64,000 nucleotides of DNA, taken from positions 3,414 to 67,413 of the forward strand of contig JANOBW010000169.1 in assembly GCA_031411855.1 (NCBI GenBank). Direction: 5' to 3'. This document shows positions 53,402 through 62,882 of this stretch, in pieces (position 1 is the first letter of the stretch; each line of letters opens with the position of its first letter). A model generated the notes under the pieces. That model had not been told where the DNA came from. It made no database searches and worked only from the letters and a program-made list of their open reading frames with translations. Made by a program: the position numbers and the translations under genes. The stretch is from Opitutia bacterium (lineage in GTDB: Bacteria; Verrucomicrobiota; Verrucomicrobiia; Opitutales; JANOBW01).

Positions 53402-54271
53402 TCACTTGGCCGCCGGGACGGCCTTGCCCTTTTCCGAGAGGAACGGGGCCAGCGGATGGTTCGGAAGACTTTTCAAACCGGCGACGACGCACTCGGCGTT
53501 GAACTTCGCGCCCTCGTCGTTCGTGTGGGTGCCCTTGTCGGCGAAAAACGTGTCGGCTTTGTCGGCCCCGATTTTTTTGTAGGCGTTGGTCACCACCAGG
53601 GTCAGGTCAACATAGAGGGCCCCGCCGGCTTTGGCCACCTCTTCGTCCCACTGGGCGAACGAGGCGAAGTCGCGGCCTTTCTGCCAGCTCTGTTTGTGCG
53701 GGACGGGGGAGCAGAGGATGGGGGTGGCGCCCTTCGATTTTGTTTCGGTAACAAACTTTGCCATATACCAGCCGAAGGTGTGGACCAGCTCCTTGGACCC
53801 GTCGGCCTTGGTGTCCTCCACCGTTTCGGGCCCGGTTCCCTTGCCCGAGGCGCGTCCCTTGCTGGCCGGGTCGCCGATGCGGCCGCCGTCGTTGTGGCCG
53901 AACTGGATGATCACGACATCGCCCTTTTTGAGCCTGGCCGCCACCCTGTCCCAGCGGCCTTCGGTTTCGTAGGTCCGGCTGCTGCGACCGCCCAGGGCCT
54001 CGTTCACCACGTTGATCTTTTTGGTTTCTAAGTAGGGCGCGATGCGTTCGCCCCAGCCCCAGCAACCGTTGGATCCGCCGCTCCGCACGGTCGAGTCACC
54101 CACGATGAAAAGGGTGGGGAGGTCCTTGTTCACCTCCCTTTCCTTGGGAAGTTTGGAAGGATCCACCACGGGACGGTCATCCTCCGCCCGCAGCGGGCTG
54201 AACGCGCCCCCGCCAAGCGAGAACAGGAAGGCCAACACAAGCAGGGGGCGGGGGAGTCGAAGGAAGTTCAT
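53402..54271 (-). CDS. secreted SGNH/GDSL hydrolase (rhamnogalacturonan acetylesterase-like)
   Basis: Signal peptide, then block I LFIVGDSTV, block II GGRSSRTY, block III IQFGHNDG, and a late D..H region. Confidence 0.8.
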   Translation of the reverse strand: MNFLRLPRPLLVLAFLFSLGGGAFSPLRAEDDRPVVDPSKLPKEREVNKDLPTLFIVGDSTVRSGGSNGCWGWGERIAPYLETKKINVVNEALGGRSSRTYETEGRWDRVAARLKKGDVVIIQFGHNDGGRIGDPASKGRASGKGTGPETVEDTKADGSKELVHTFGWYMAKFVTETKSKGATPILCSPVPHKQSWQKGRDFASFAQWDEEVAKAGGALYVDLTLVVTNAYKKIGADKADTFFADKGTHTNDEGAKFNAECVVAGLKSLPNHPLAPFLSEKGKAVPAAK

Positions 54272-54374
54272 GTGGAAGGGGGGGACTAACCTATCCGTGG
54301 CGGCGGGGACAGGTTAGCAGTTCAGTTTATCGGCCGGGCCGCGCCTTGGTTTCAAACGCTGGCGGATGGTTTTT

Positions 54375-54749
54375 TCAGGTGTCCTTGGGGTTCGCGTCGC
54401 CCTCGATGTCGCGTTCGTCCAAGTGAAAGAGATGGAGGCCCCGGTGGGCGAGGGGAGCCAGCAGGAGGCCCATCACCCCGATCAGGACGATGCCGCTGCC
54501 CAAGGCGTAAAACGAGGCGAAGATTTTGGCGGTGTCGTTGGTGAGTTCGGAAACCGGACCCATGCCGGAAAGGATCATGGAGGCGTTGAGCAGGGCGTCC
54601 ACCCATCCCAATCCGGCCAGATAGTGATATCCCAAAATGCCGGCGAAGAGGGAAACGGCCACCAGCATCAGGGCCAGAGCCGCGCTTCCCGCCAGGCGCA
54701 GCAGAAAGGTGCGGCGCGAGGCGGGGGGTTGGGTCCGGGATTCAAACAT
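54375..54749 (-). CDS. small (124-aa) membrane protein with a 2-TM pore-loop-like layout
   Basis: TM1 is SAALALMLVAVSLFAGILGYHYL. It is followed by WVDALLNASMILSGMGPV and TM2, IFASFYALGSGIVLIGVMGLLLAPLA. There is no antisense alternative with recognisable content. Confidence 0.5.
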   Translation of the reverse strand: MFESRTQPPASRRTFLLRLAGSAALALMLVAVSLFAGILGYHYLAGLGWVDALLNASMILSGMGPVSELTNDTAKIFASFYALGSGIVLIGVMGLLLAPLAHRGLHLFHLDERDIEGDANPKDT

Positions 54750-54941
54750 GTGGGATCACTGTGACGAAGGCGGCGCGGAGGCAAGTGTGAGACCCGGGTA
54801 GATGGGGAGGGCGTTTTCCAGGGGCCGTCCAGTCCGCTCCGGGTTCATGCGGGCACGTTTTCCCAAGTTCTTCAGTGCCAGGGGGGGCAAGTCATGTAAG
54901 ATATTTATTGACCTGTGGTCAATTTTTTCATCCGTAACCGC

Positions 54942-57900
54942 ATGCTCTTCCTTTTGGGAGTGGGATTCTTTTTCCTGGTCTGCGCTGGTTCCATTTTGGG
55001 TGTGGTCGCCTTTTTCCGCCAGGGAAACACCGGCCGCGACCCCCGGGACCTTGAGGAAATCCTGCGGGAACTGCAGGCGGTTCGCAGCCGGATCCTCGAT
55101 GTGCAGAGGATGGAGCGGCGACTAAAAAAACTGGAACAGGCCGCCAAGGAACATGGTTGGGAGATGGCGGCGGAAACGTCCGCCGAAAAGCCCCGTCCCG
55201 TCATTGAGCAGGCCTCGGTCCCGCTCCCGGTTAACGCTCCCCGGCAAAAACCGGCCTCACCCACCGAAACTCCTGACCGGGCGCAGGTTCCACCACCCGT
55301 TCCGCCCCAGCAGGGGGTTGTCCACCAAGCGGCCATGCCGGGAGAGGTTTCCCCCTTCAAAAAACAGTCCGAATCGGCTCCCGCCTTCGCCACGACGGCC
55401 TTGCCGGTGCCGGAAGTGAAAATCAAACCGGAACCCCGGCCCGGCGCGCTTCCGGTCGCGGCCATGAAAATCACCACCCCGACCGATTCCGTGGCGGCGG
55501 AACCGGTCACTTCCGTCCCGCCGGCGCCTCCGAGCGAAAAACCGATCCCACCCATGGCCAGGGAAAGCGTTCCTGTTTCGGAGTCATCTCCTCCCCGGGG
55601 GGCCGCCTCCGCGCCCCCCGTGCTTCCCCGGGCCAGCCAGGAACCGAGTCCGCAACCTCCCCCTGCCTCTGCCCCGCCGATCCCCCACAAAGCCGGGTCG
55701 GACGAGCCGGACGAATCCTGGGTTTCCCGCTGGGCGCTGCGGGCGGGCGCGGTGCTGGGTGTCCTGGCGGTCATGTTTCTGGTTTACCAGCTCAACCTCA
55801 ACTCCCCGCCGTGGCTGCGCTGGTCCGGCCTGATGACCTTCGCCGCCGGGCTCGCGGTTTTCGGACGCATGGGGTCGAAACGCGGCTGGATTCTGGCCCA
55901 GCCGGCGCGTCCGGCGGGGCTGGCCCTGGCCCACCTCGGGGTCTTTGCCGGGCACGCCTTTCCCGCCGTGCGGGTGTTTGAAAGTCCGCTCGCGGGGGCG
56001 GTCGCCCTGACCGTTTCCACCGTGGTCCTGGGCCTCCTCTGCCTGTGGGAGAACCGCCCGAAAACCTGCGCCATGATCCTGGCCATCGGGCAGATCTGCG
56101 GGCTCATCCTGCAAAACGATGTCGGCGGCGTCTGGCTGCCCGCCCAGGGTCTCGGCCTGCTGGCCCTGGCGGCCTGGATGCGGGCGCGCCGGGGCTGGGA
56201 ACTCTGCCTGAGCATCGCCTTTGTCGGCCACGTGGGTCAGCTCGCGCAGGCCACCCTGGCGGGCGGCGCGGGCGGCATTCCGGTGGAAACCTTCACGGGC
56301 CTGGCCATCGCGGGCTGGCTCATCACCACCGTTTCGGAACTGCTCGCCGTGAGAAAAAAACCGGGCAAACCGCTGGAGGCCCTGCGCCTCAGCCTGCCGG
56401 CCGGGCTGGGCGCCCTGCTCTCCGTGGTTTACGCCCAAAAGTTCGGAACCGAACCAAACTTGTGGCCGCTCTGGCTGGTCTGGACGGGTCTCTTCGCCGG
56501 GGCGTCCTTCCTGGCCCGGCGTGCGGCCCCCGGCTCCGGCGCGGCCGCCACCTTCGAGCTCCAGGCCTGGGCGGCCCTCGCCGCCACGCTGGCGGCGCGC
56601 TGGGTCGGGGAGGCACGCTGGATCGCCCTGATGGTCGAGGCTTTGGTGCTGCTGTGGCGCAACTCCCAGGCCGGCGGTTTGTGGAAACGCGGCGCGGCCT
56701 GGGTGCTGTGGTCCTGGGCCCTCCTGGAGTTCGCTTTTTGGCGCCACTCGCAGGATCTCTGGCTGGCTGGTTGGTGGGAACACCCTTCGCTGCCGACGGG
56801 GGCGGAGCTGCGGCCGCTCGCGCTGCACCTGCTCATGCTCGGCCTGGCCACGGCCTGGCTCGGGCTCATTTCGCGGTGGAAACAGGCCGTCGAGGAAATC
56901 GGCGGGTGGGAGCGCGCGCTGGCCATGTTGGGCGCAATTGGTGTGGCCGTGGCTCTGGCCTTCGGCAACCCGCTGTCGCCGGCGTCCGTTTCCCTGGTGT
57001 TGCTGGGCGCGGCCCTGGCCTGGGCCGGTTTCCGTGTCCTGTTTCCCCAAGCCGGGCTGGGCTGGGCCGCTTCGGGGGCCTGGGTGCTGGCCTCCTGCGC
57101 CGCCCTCGCCTCCTGCCGCTGGGGTCTTCTCGGCTTCCCTTCGCCGACCGTGGCGGACCCGGCCCAACCGTGGGCGCTGGGAGCCGCTTTGCTGACCGGG
57201 CTGGCCTTCCTCCCCCTCCTCCCCGCCGGGGTGTTTCGGGGTGGCGCGGGCCTGGTGGCCGGTTTTCTCGGGGCCGCCCTGCTGGAGCAGTTTCATCTCG
57301 GCGCGATGCCACCTCTGGCTGTCTGGGCCGCCTTGCTGGCGGTTCTGCCCTGGCTGGTGCGGGAATCGGCCTGGTCGGTCCTGCGCGCCGGGGTGGCCTG
57401 CGGTTCGATCTGGTTCCTGCCGGTGCTGGTCCATGCCACGGTGGCCGGGCAAACCCTCTGGTCTCACTTCCTCGCCGGCGCGGCCCTGCTGGCCGTGGCC
57501 TTTGTCCGCCTCAGGCTTGACCCACAGGACCTTCCGCTCCGCTTCGGCACCTGCGCCGCGTTTCTTGTGGGTCTGGCCCAGCTGAACCTGGCCGGCTCCG
57601 CTTTGGCCACGGCTCTGACCTGCGGCGCGCTGGTCCTGGCCTCCACCGCCGCGTTGCGCCCGCTTTCCTGGGTGCTGGCCCTTAACAGTCTGATTGCTTT
57701 CCTCTTTTGGCGCACAAACCACCATCTCTGGATTCCGGGGTGGTGGAGCCACCGGGAGTTCCCCGCTTGGGAGCAACTGCAACCGATTGCCGCCCATACC
57801 CTTATGTTTGTCCTGGCCAACCTCTGGGCCGGACAACTGGCGCGTTGGAAAAGCGCCGGGAAAGGCATCTTCTCCCCGGAACCCCCTCTCGCCCTGCTGT

Positions 57901-59174
57901 TTGCGGTGGTCATCGGTTTCCGTATGCTGGTCGGCGACCCGCTCTCCGGTCCGCAGATTGCCCTCGTCCTGCTCGTCCTGGCCCTGATCTGGGGCGGCTT
58001 GCGTCGGTTGTTCCCCGAGGCGGGCATGGGCGTGTGCGGAGCGGTCGCCTGGACCCTCTCTGCCGGGACGGCTCTTTTCTCCACCCGGGCCGTCGTGCTC
58101 GCCTCCTGGGACACCCTGGCCACGGTGGTCGAAGTCCCGCCCCGCGACCCCGCCCTGATCCCGGCCCTGGTGTCCGTTCTGATCAGTGGTCTGGCGTTTC
58201 TTCCGCGTGTCAAGGCCGGGCCCGTCCGCGACGCCGCCGGGTTCATTCTCGGCACCCTCGGGGTCGCCCTCCTCGGCCTGATGGACGTTCCCTTCCTGCC
58301 GCCGCTCGGTGTGGTGGCGGTTCTCGTCATCGCCCTGCCTTGCCTCGTCAAGGAAAACGTCTGGGGCGTGCTGCGGGCCGGGTTGGCCTGGGGTTCTCTC
58401 TGGCTGCTGCCGGAGGTGTGGGACCACTTCGACTCGGCGGAAAACAACTGGCCCCAGCTCGCTTCCGGCCTCGCCCTGCTGGCGGCGGCGTGGTGGCAGA
58501 TCAAGACTGACGAGGGCCACCGGCTGCGCCGCCACGGGCTGTATGCCGCCGGATTTTTGGGCATCCTGGCGGTGCAAAGTTCGGCCCTTCCCGATGTGGC
58601 GACCCTGATTGACGCCTCGCTCGCCCTGGTCGGGGCCCTGCTCCTGAGAAATTCGGCCCGCCCGGGCTGGCCCTGGCAGATCTCGCTCGGCCTGGTGGGC
58701 ATCTGGCAGATGGTGGGACTGGCCGCCAGGCGTTCCCCCGGTCTTCTCACCGACCATGTGATCCTAGGCGTTTCCCTGTTTCTGCTGGTGGGGGCCCTGG
58801 CCGCCTCGGTGGTTCGGAATGCCCGCCTTCCCCTGGCAGCCCGGCATGTGGTTCTCCTGCTGGGTGCCCTGCTGCTGCCGATCGGCTGGCAGTATTCCTG
58901 GACGCACCACATCTGGCCGTTTGGGGCGGCCGTGAGCCTGGGCTGGAGCATCGTCCCCGTGGTCTTTCTCGCCGCCGGGGTGGGCTTCCGTCTGCGGCCC
59001 TGGCGTATCGCCGGAGGACTCTGGCTGGTGCCGCTCTTCCTGCGGGTGCTCGCCGTGGATCTGGCCGACACCACCCAACGGGTGATCGCGGTGGGTGCGC
59101 TCTCCGTCGTGCTCCTGCTCGTGGGCTGGGGCTACCGCCGGGCGGCCGGTTGGCTGCGGGAGGACGGATGTTGA
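54942..59174 (+). CDS. large polytopic membrane protein, DUF2339-like (N-terminal anchor, coiled coil, Pro-rich linker, more than 30 predicted TM segments)
   Basis: ATG at 54942. It has the coiled coil LRELQAVRSRILDVQRMERRLKKLEQ and a roughly 200-aa Pro-rich linker. About 1100 aa of W/L/A/G-rich TM helices follow, containing an internal duplication. The DUF2339 assignment comes from remembered architecture, not a search. Confidence 0.6.
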   Translation: MLFLLGVGFFFLVCAGSILGVVAFFRQGNTGRDPRDLEEILRELQAVRSRILDVQRMERRLKKLEQAAKEHGWEMAAETSAEKPRPVIEQASVPLPVNAPRQKPASPTETPDRAQVPPPVPPQQGVVHQAAMPGEVSPFKKQSESAPAFATTALPVPEVKIKPEPRPGALPVAAMKITTPTDSVAAEPVTSVPPAPPSEKPIPPMARESVPVSESSPPRGAASAPPVLPRASQEPSPQPPPASAPPIPHKAGSDEPDESWVSRWALRAGAVLGVLAVMFLVYQLNLNSPPWLRWSGLMTFAAGLAVFGRMGSKRGWILAQPARPAGLALAHLGVFAGHAFPAVRVFESPLAGAVALTVSTVVLGLLCLWENRPKTCAMILAIGQICGLILQNDVGGVWLPAQGLGLLALAAWMRARRGWELCLSIAFVGHVGQLAQATLAGGAGGIPVETFTGLAIAGWLITTVSELLAVRKKPGKPLEALRLSLPAGLGALLSVVYAQKFGTEPNLWPLWLVWTGLFAGASFLARRAAPGSGAAATFELQAWAALAATLAARWVGEARWIALMVEALVLLWRNSQAGGLWKRGAAWVLWSWALLEFAFWRHSQDLWLAGWWEHPSLPTGAELRPLALHLLMLGLATAWLGLISRWKQAVEEIGGWERALAMLGAIGVAVALAFGNPLSPASVSLVLLGAALAWAGFRVLFPQAGLGWAASGAWVLASCAALASCRWGLLGFPSPTVADPAQPWALGAALLTGLAFLPLLPAGVFRGGAGLVAGFLGAALLEQFHLGAMPPLAVWAALLAVLPWLVRESAWSVLRAGVACGSIWFLPVLVHATVAGQTLWSHFLAGAALLAVAFVRLRLDPQDLPLRFGTCAAFLVGLAQLNLAGSALATALTCGALVLASTAALRPLSWVLALNSLIAFLFWRTNHHLWIPGWWSHREFPAWEQLQPIAAHTLMFVLANLWAGQLARWKSAGKGIFSPEPPLALLFAVVIGFRMLVGDPLSGPQIALVLLVLALIWGGLRRLFPEAGMGVCGAVAWTLSAGTALFSTRAVVLASWDTLATVVEVPPRDPALIPALVSVLISGLAFLPRVKAGPVRDAAGFILGTLGVALLGLMDVPFLPPLGVVAVLVIALPCLVKENVWGVLRAGLAWGSLWLLPEVWDHFDSAENNWPQLASGLALLAAAWWQIKTDEGHRLRRHGLYAAGFLGILAVQSSALPDVATLIDASLALVGALLLRNSARPGWPWQISLGLVGIWQMVGLAARRSPGLLTDHVILGVSLFLLVGALAASVVRNARLPLAARHVVLLLGALLLPIGWQYSWTHHIWPFGAAVSLGWSIVPVVFLAAGVGFRLRPWRIAGGLWLVPLFLRVLAVDLADTTQRVIAVGALSVVLLLVGWGYRRAAGWLREDGC

Positions 59175-59195
59175 GGGCGCTTGCCCCGTGGGCAC

Positions 59196-59223
59196 AAAAA
59201 ACCCGCCGGGTTTCCCCGGCGGG
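59196..59223 (-). terminator. rho-independent terminator after recA
   Basis: On the minus strand: CCCGCCGGG-gaaa-CCCGGCGGG followed by TTTTTT. Confidence 0.7.
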
Positions 59224-59256
59224 CCAACAACCAAAATATGAACAACGGTGCCCGGC

Positions 59257-60342
59257 TCAGATCAGATCTTCTTTGTCAGGGGAGGCGGCCAGCACAGTTC
59301 CGCCCGCCACGGAGGCTGAGACTTTGTCCATGATGGTCTTGGTCAGCTCGTCCATCAGGCCGGGGGTTGAGATCAGGTGGGCCTTGGCGGCTTCGCGGCC
59401 CTGGCCGATCATCTGGCCGTTGTAGGCGATCCAGGAGCCCTTCTTTTCGAGAATCTTGTGCTCGATGCCGAGGTCGAGGATGGAGCCGGAGCGGGAGATG
59501 CCCTCGCTGAACATGATGTCGAACTCGCACTCGGTGAAGGGCGGTGCGACCTTGTTTTTGACGACTTTGACGCGGGTGCGGTTGCCCACGACCTTGCCGC
59601 TGGGCTCCTTGATCTGCTGGGTGCGGCGGATGTCGAGGCGGATGGAGGCGAAGAATTTGAGGGCGCGGCCACCGGGAGTGGTTTCGGGACTGCCGAACAT
59701 GACGCCGATTTTTTCGCGGATCTGATTGGTGAAGATGAGGATGCAGTTCGTCTTGCTGATGGCGGCGGTGAGGCGGCGCATGGCCTGGCTCATGAGACGG
59801 GCCTGGGCGCCGACGGTGGCGTCGCCCATCTGGCCGTCGAGCTCGGCCTTGGTCACGAGAGCGGCGACGGAGTCCACCACCACCACGTCAATCGCGCCGG
59901 AGCGGATAAGGGTTTCGGCGATGTTAAGGGCGTCCTCACCGTTGTCCGGCTGGGCGACCATGAGGTTGTCGAGGTCCACGCCGACGACGCGGGCATAGCG
60001 GGGATCGAGGGCGTGCTCGACGTCAATGAAGACGGCGCTGCCGCCCTTGCGCTGGGCTTCGGCGATGACGCTGAGACAGAGGGTGGTTTTACCGGAGGAC
60101 TCCGGACCGTAGATTTCCACGATGCGACCGCGGGGCAAACCCCCGGAGCCAAGGATGAGGTCGAGGGCGACCGAACCGGTGGACAGCACGCTGACCGCCA
60201 TTTTGGTGTTGTCACCCAGGCGCATCAGGGAGCCTTCGCCGAATTGTTTGTTGATGGCGGAGAAAGCCATGTCGAGCGCCTGGTTGGAGGCGGTTTTCGC
60301 GGCGGAGACGGCGGTGGCGGAAGCGGAGGGTTTGGCGGCCAT
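59257..60342 (-). CDS. recA: recombinase RecA
   Basis: ATG at 60342. It has [22 protein letters not shown], the P-loop [31 protein letters not shown] and [20 protein letters not shown]. Confidence 0.97.
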   Translation of the reverse strand: MAAKPSASATAVSAAKTASNQALDMAFSAINKQFGEGSLMRLGDNTKMAVSVLSTGSVALDLILGSGGLPRGRIVEIYGPESSGKTTLCLSVIAEAQRKGGSAVFIDVEHALDPRYARVVGVDLDNLMVAQPDNGEDALNIAETLIRSGAIDVVVVDSVAALVTKAELDGQMGDATVGAQARLMSQAMRRLTAAISKTNCILIFTNQIREKIGVMFGSPETTPGGRALKFFASIRLDIRRTQQIKEPSGKVVGNRTRVKVVKNKVAPPFTECEFDIMFSEGISRSGSILDLGIEHKILEKKGSWIAYNGQMIGQGREAAKAHLISTPGLMDELTKTIMDKVSASVAGGTVLAASPDKEDLI

Positions 60343-60506
60343 GGTGGTGGGTGGTTCGGAGTTGTGTTGTGGTTTCGGTGCGGTTTGCGGAGGGAAGAGC
60401 AAGCGGGGAGAGGGACGTTTGCAAGTAAATAGTGAACAAAAGTGCAATAATCTTTGGGGCGACCGAAGTTGGTGCTTTTGAGGGCAAATCTACCGCGAGG
60501 CAAGGT

Positions 60507-61841
60507 TCAGCCGAAGATCTTCCCGCGGTTGAACCGCCACACGGCGACCGTCATCACCAAGGCGGTCATGCCGCCGAGAATGCCGAGGGTGGGCAGCAGC
60601 TCAAGGAAGGTGGCCTGGGCCCACAACACCTGCGAGAAACCCTCCATCGCCCAATAGACCAGGGTGAGCTTGCTGGCCTGCTGGATGGATTCCGGCATCA
60701 GCGCCACCGGAAACCAGGCGCCCCCGATCGCGCACATGATCAGGATCAAAAACGTGGAAAGGCCGCTCGCCGCCTCGGGCGAGGACGACACCGCCGCCAC
60801 CAACATGCCAAAGGCCGTGCAGGCCGCGGCCGCAAAGGCGCAGACGAGCAGCAGCAGCCCGAGGTGATGCTCCACGTCTATCCCGTAAAGAACGCGTCCG
60901 GCGAGGAAGAGCGTAAGGAGCTGCAGCATCCCGATCAGGATGCCATAGACAAACTTGCTCCAGAGTATCTGCGCCCGGCTCACCGGCCCGGCCAGGAGGC
61001 GATGGAAAATGCCCTGGTCGCGCTCGTGGAAGAGCGCCGAGGCCGCGGCGCTGAGGGCGAACAGCAGGAACTGCATCGCCCAGCCGCCCACGATGCGCGT
61101 GGCCGCTGGGGACTTCACGTCCTGCCCCGCCACCTGGACCGCCTCGATGTGAAGCACGCGGGAAAGCAGGGAGTCCCACGAAACATCAGCCCCGGAGCCG
61201 CCCGCGAGGAGACCGGCGGTGAAATCACCCGACTCAAGGTTCTTCAGGATTTGCGCCGGATCGCCGCCAAACGACCGGGCGATGCTCTCCGCCAGCACTT
61301 GGTTGAAACGGGTCATGTTTTCCGTTCCGACGAAGCCCCGGCCCTGGGTCATCAGCGACTGGCCGAGCAGTTGCGGCACGCTGGAAAAAATCGTCTTTTG
61401 CAGGATGCCGTTGACGAGTTGGGTTTCGATCTCGTTGCGGGGATTCGTGTAGGTCTTGAGGTGCAGCCCGAAACTCTTCTCGCTCACGAGATCCTCAGGG
61501 ATCACCACGGCGAAACGGAACTCGTTGGCGCGCATCAGCGCTGCGAGGTCGGCCTCGCGCAGGGGCCGCTCCGTCTTGTCGTCGGCCACGAATTTCGTGA
61601 ACACCTTGAAAGCCTTTTCGGACTGGAGGGCCTGAACCAGCTTCTCCGCCCCGGGATTGCCGCTGGCGTTGACCACGGCCAGCGGGATGCCCCTGGGGCC
61701 CGGATCGGCGCGGTTCACGCCGAAAACCTGGCCAAAGACCCAGATCAGCACGAACGGCACAAGGAAGGTCAGCGAGACCGCCGCCTTGTTGCGAAAGAAA
61801 AGGGTGAAGTCCTTGCGGACGAGAATGAGAAGGGTGCGCAT
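60507..61841 (-). CDS. ABC-2 type transporter permease
   Basis: 444 aa with an N-terminal TM helix, a large extracytoplasmic loop and five C-terminal TM helices. It is adjacent to an ABC ATPase, 10 nt downstream of it. Confidence 0.8.
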   Translation of the reverse strand: MRTLLILVRKDFTLFFRNKAAVSLTFLVPFVLIWVFGQVFGVNRADPGPRGIPLAVVNASGNPGAEKLVQALQSEKAFKVFTKFVADDKTERPLREADLAALMRANEFRFAVVIPEDLVSEKSFGLHLKTYTNPRNEIETQLVNGILQKTIFSSVPQLLGQSLMTQGRGFVGTENMTRFNQVLAESIARSFGGDPAQILKNLESGDFTAGLLAGGSGADVSWDSLLSRVLHIEAVQVAGQDVKSPAATRIVGGWAMQFLLFALSAAASALFHERDQGIFHRLLAGPVSRAQILWSKFVYGILIGMLQLLTLFLAGRVLYGIDVEHHLGLLLLVCAFAAAACTAFGMLVAAVSSSPEAASGLSTFLILIMCAIGGAWFPVALMPESIQQASKLTLVYWAMEGFSQVLWAQATFLELLPTLGILGGMTALVMTVAVWRFNRGKIFG

Positions 61842-61851
61842 GGCGGCCGGG

Positions 61852-62769
61852 TTATTCGCGGAGGGTGCGGCCGGTCAGGTGCAGGAACAGCGCCTCAAGC
61901 GTGGGCCGCTGGCTGGTGAAGAGCCGCGGAGGCAGGCCGAGCGATTCGGTGAGTTGGTAGAAACGGGAAAGTTTGTAGCCGGGCGGCGGCCGGAAACGGC
62001 AGAGCCCGTCTCCTTTCTCGACCGCCCCGTGCGCGGCCAGTTGGGCGGCCAGCGCGGCGGTGGTGCCATCAAGCGGAAAGCGGATCTCTTCCTCGAAGGG
62101 CAGTTTGAGCAGCAGCTCGTCCAGGGTGCCGAGGGCGGGAATCTTGCCGTGATCAATGATGCCGATGCGCGAGCAGAGCCGCGTGGCCTCCTCCATGTAG
62201 TGCGTGGAATAGATCACCGTAAGTCCCTCTCGGTTAAGCTTTTCCAAAAACTCGAAGATCGCGTTGCGCGACTGCGGGTCCACCCCGACGGTGGGCTCGT
62301 CGCAGAGCAGCAGCCTGGGCCGGTGGAGGAGCGCGGCCACGATGTTGAGCCGGCGCTGCATCCCACCGGAGAAATGCTGCACGGGGTCGCGCCGACGGTC
62401 GGCCAGTTGCATCGCCTCCAGCCCCTCGTCCATGCGGTCGCGAAGGACCGCCCCGCCCAGGCCGTAGAGCTGGCCGAAGATGCGAAGGTTCTGCTCGGCG
62501 GAGAGCTTGGGATAAAGCGCGATGTGCTGCGGCACGAGCCCGAGGGCGGCTCGCGCCTCGAGCCCGGCGGCGGAGAGAGGCTGGCCGTTGAGCGTGATGC
62601 GGCCCGAGTCGGGCTCGCGCAGGCTGGCGACGAGGGACATGAGCGTGGACTTGCCGGCTCCGTTGGGCCCGAGCAGGCCGAAAAACTCCCCGGCCTCAAT
62701 CCGGAGCGACACGCCATCAAGTGCCGTGAGCGAACCGTAGCGCTTGGTGACATTTTCAAGGGTAAGCAT
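61852..62769 (-). CDS. ABC transporter ATP-binding protein
   Basis: ATG at 62769 (MLTLENVTKRYG). Walker A is GLLGPNGAGKSTL, the signature is FSGGMQRRL, and Walker B is LLLCDEPTVGVD. Confidence 0.9.
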   Translation of the reverse strand: MLTLENVTKRYGSLTALDGVSLRIEAGEFFGLLGPNGAGKSTLMSLVASLREPDSGRITLNGQPLSAAGLEARAALGLVPQHIALYPKLSAEQNLRIFGQLYGLGGAVLRDRMDEGLEAMQLADRRRDPVQHFSGGMQRRLNIVAALLHRPRLLLCDEPTVGVDPQSRNAIFEFLEKLNREGLTVIYSTHYMEEATRLCSRIGIIDHGKIPALGTLDELLLKLPFEEEIRFPLDGTTAALAAQLAAHGAVEKGDGLCRFRPPPGYKLSRFYQLTESLGLPPRLFTSQRPTLEALFLHLTGRTLRE

Positions 62770-62882
62770 GACGGAACGGATGGGTGGCCGCAGACGATTG
62801 GGCCGCGCCCCGGCGAAGACGAGCCTTTCCCCAACCAAATCCCAACATCAATGTTCCTTGCCTCACTTTTGCCCTCCGGTTC

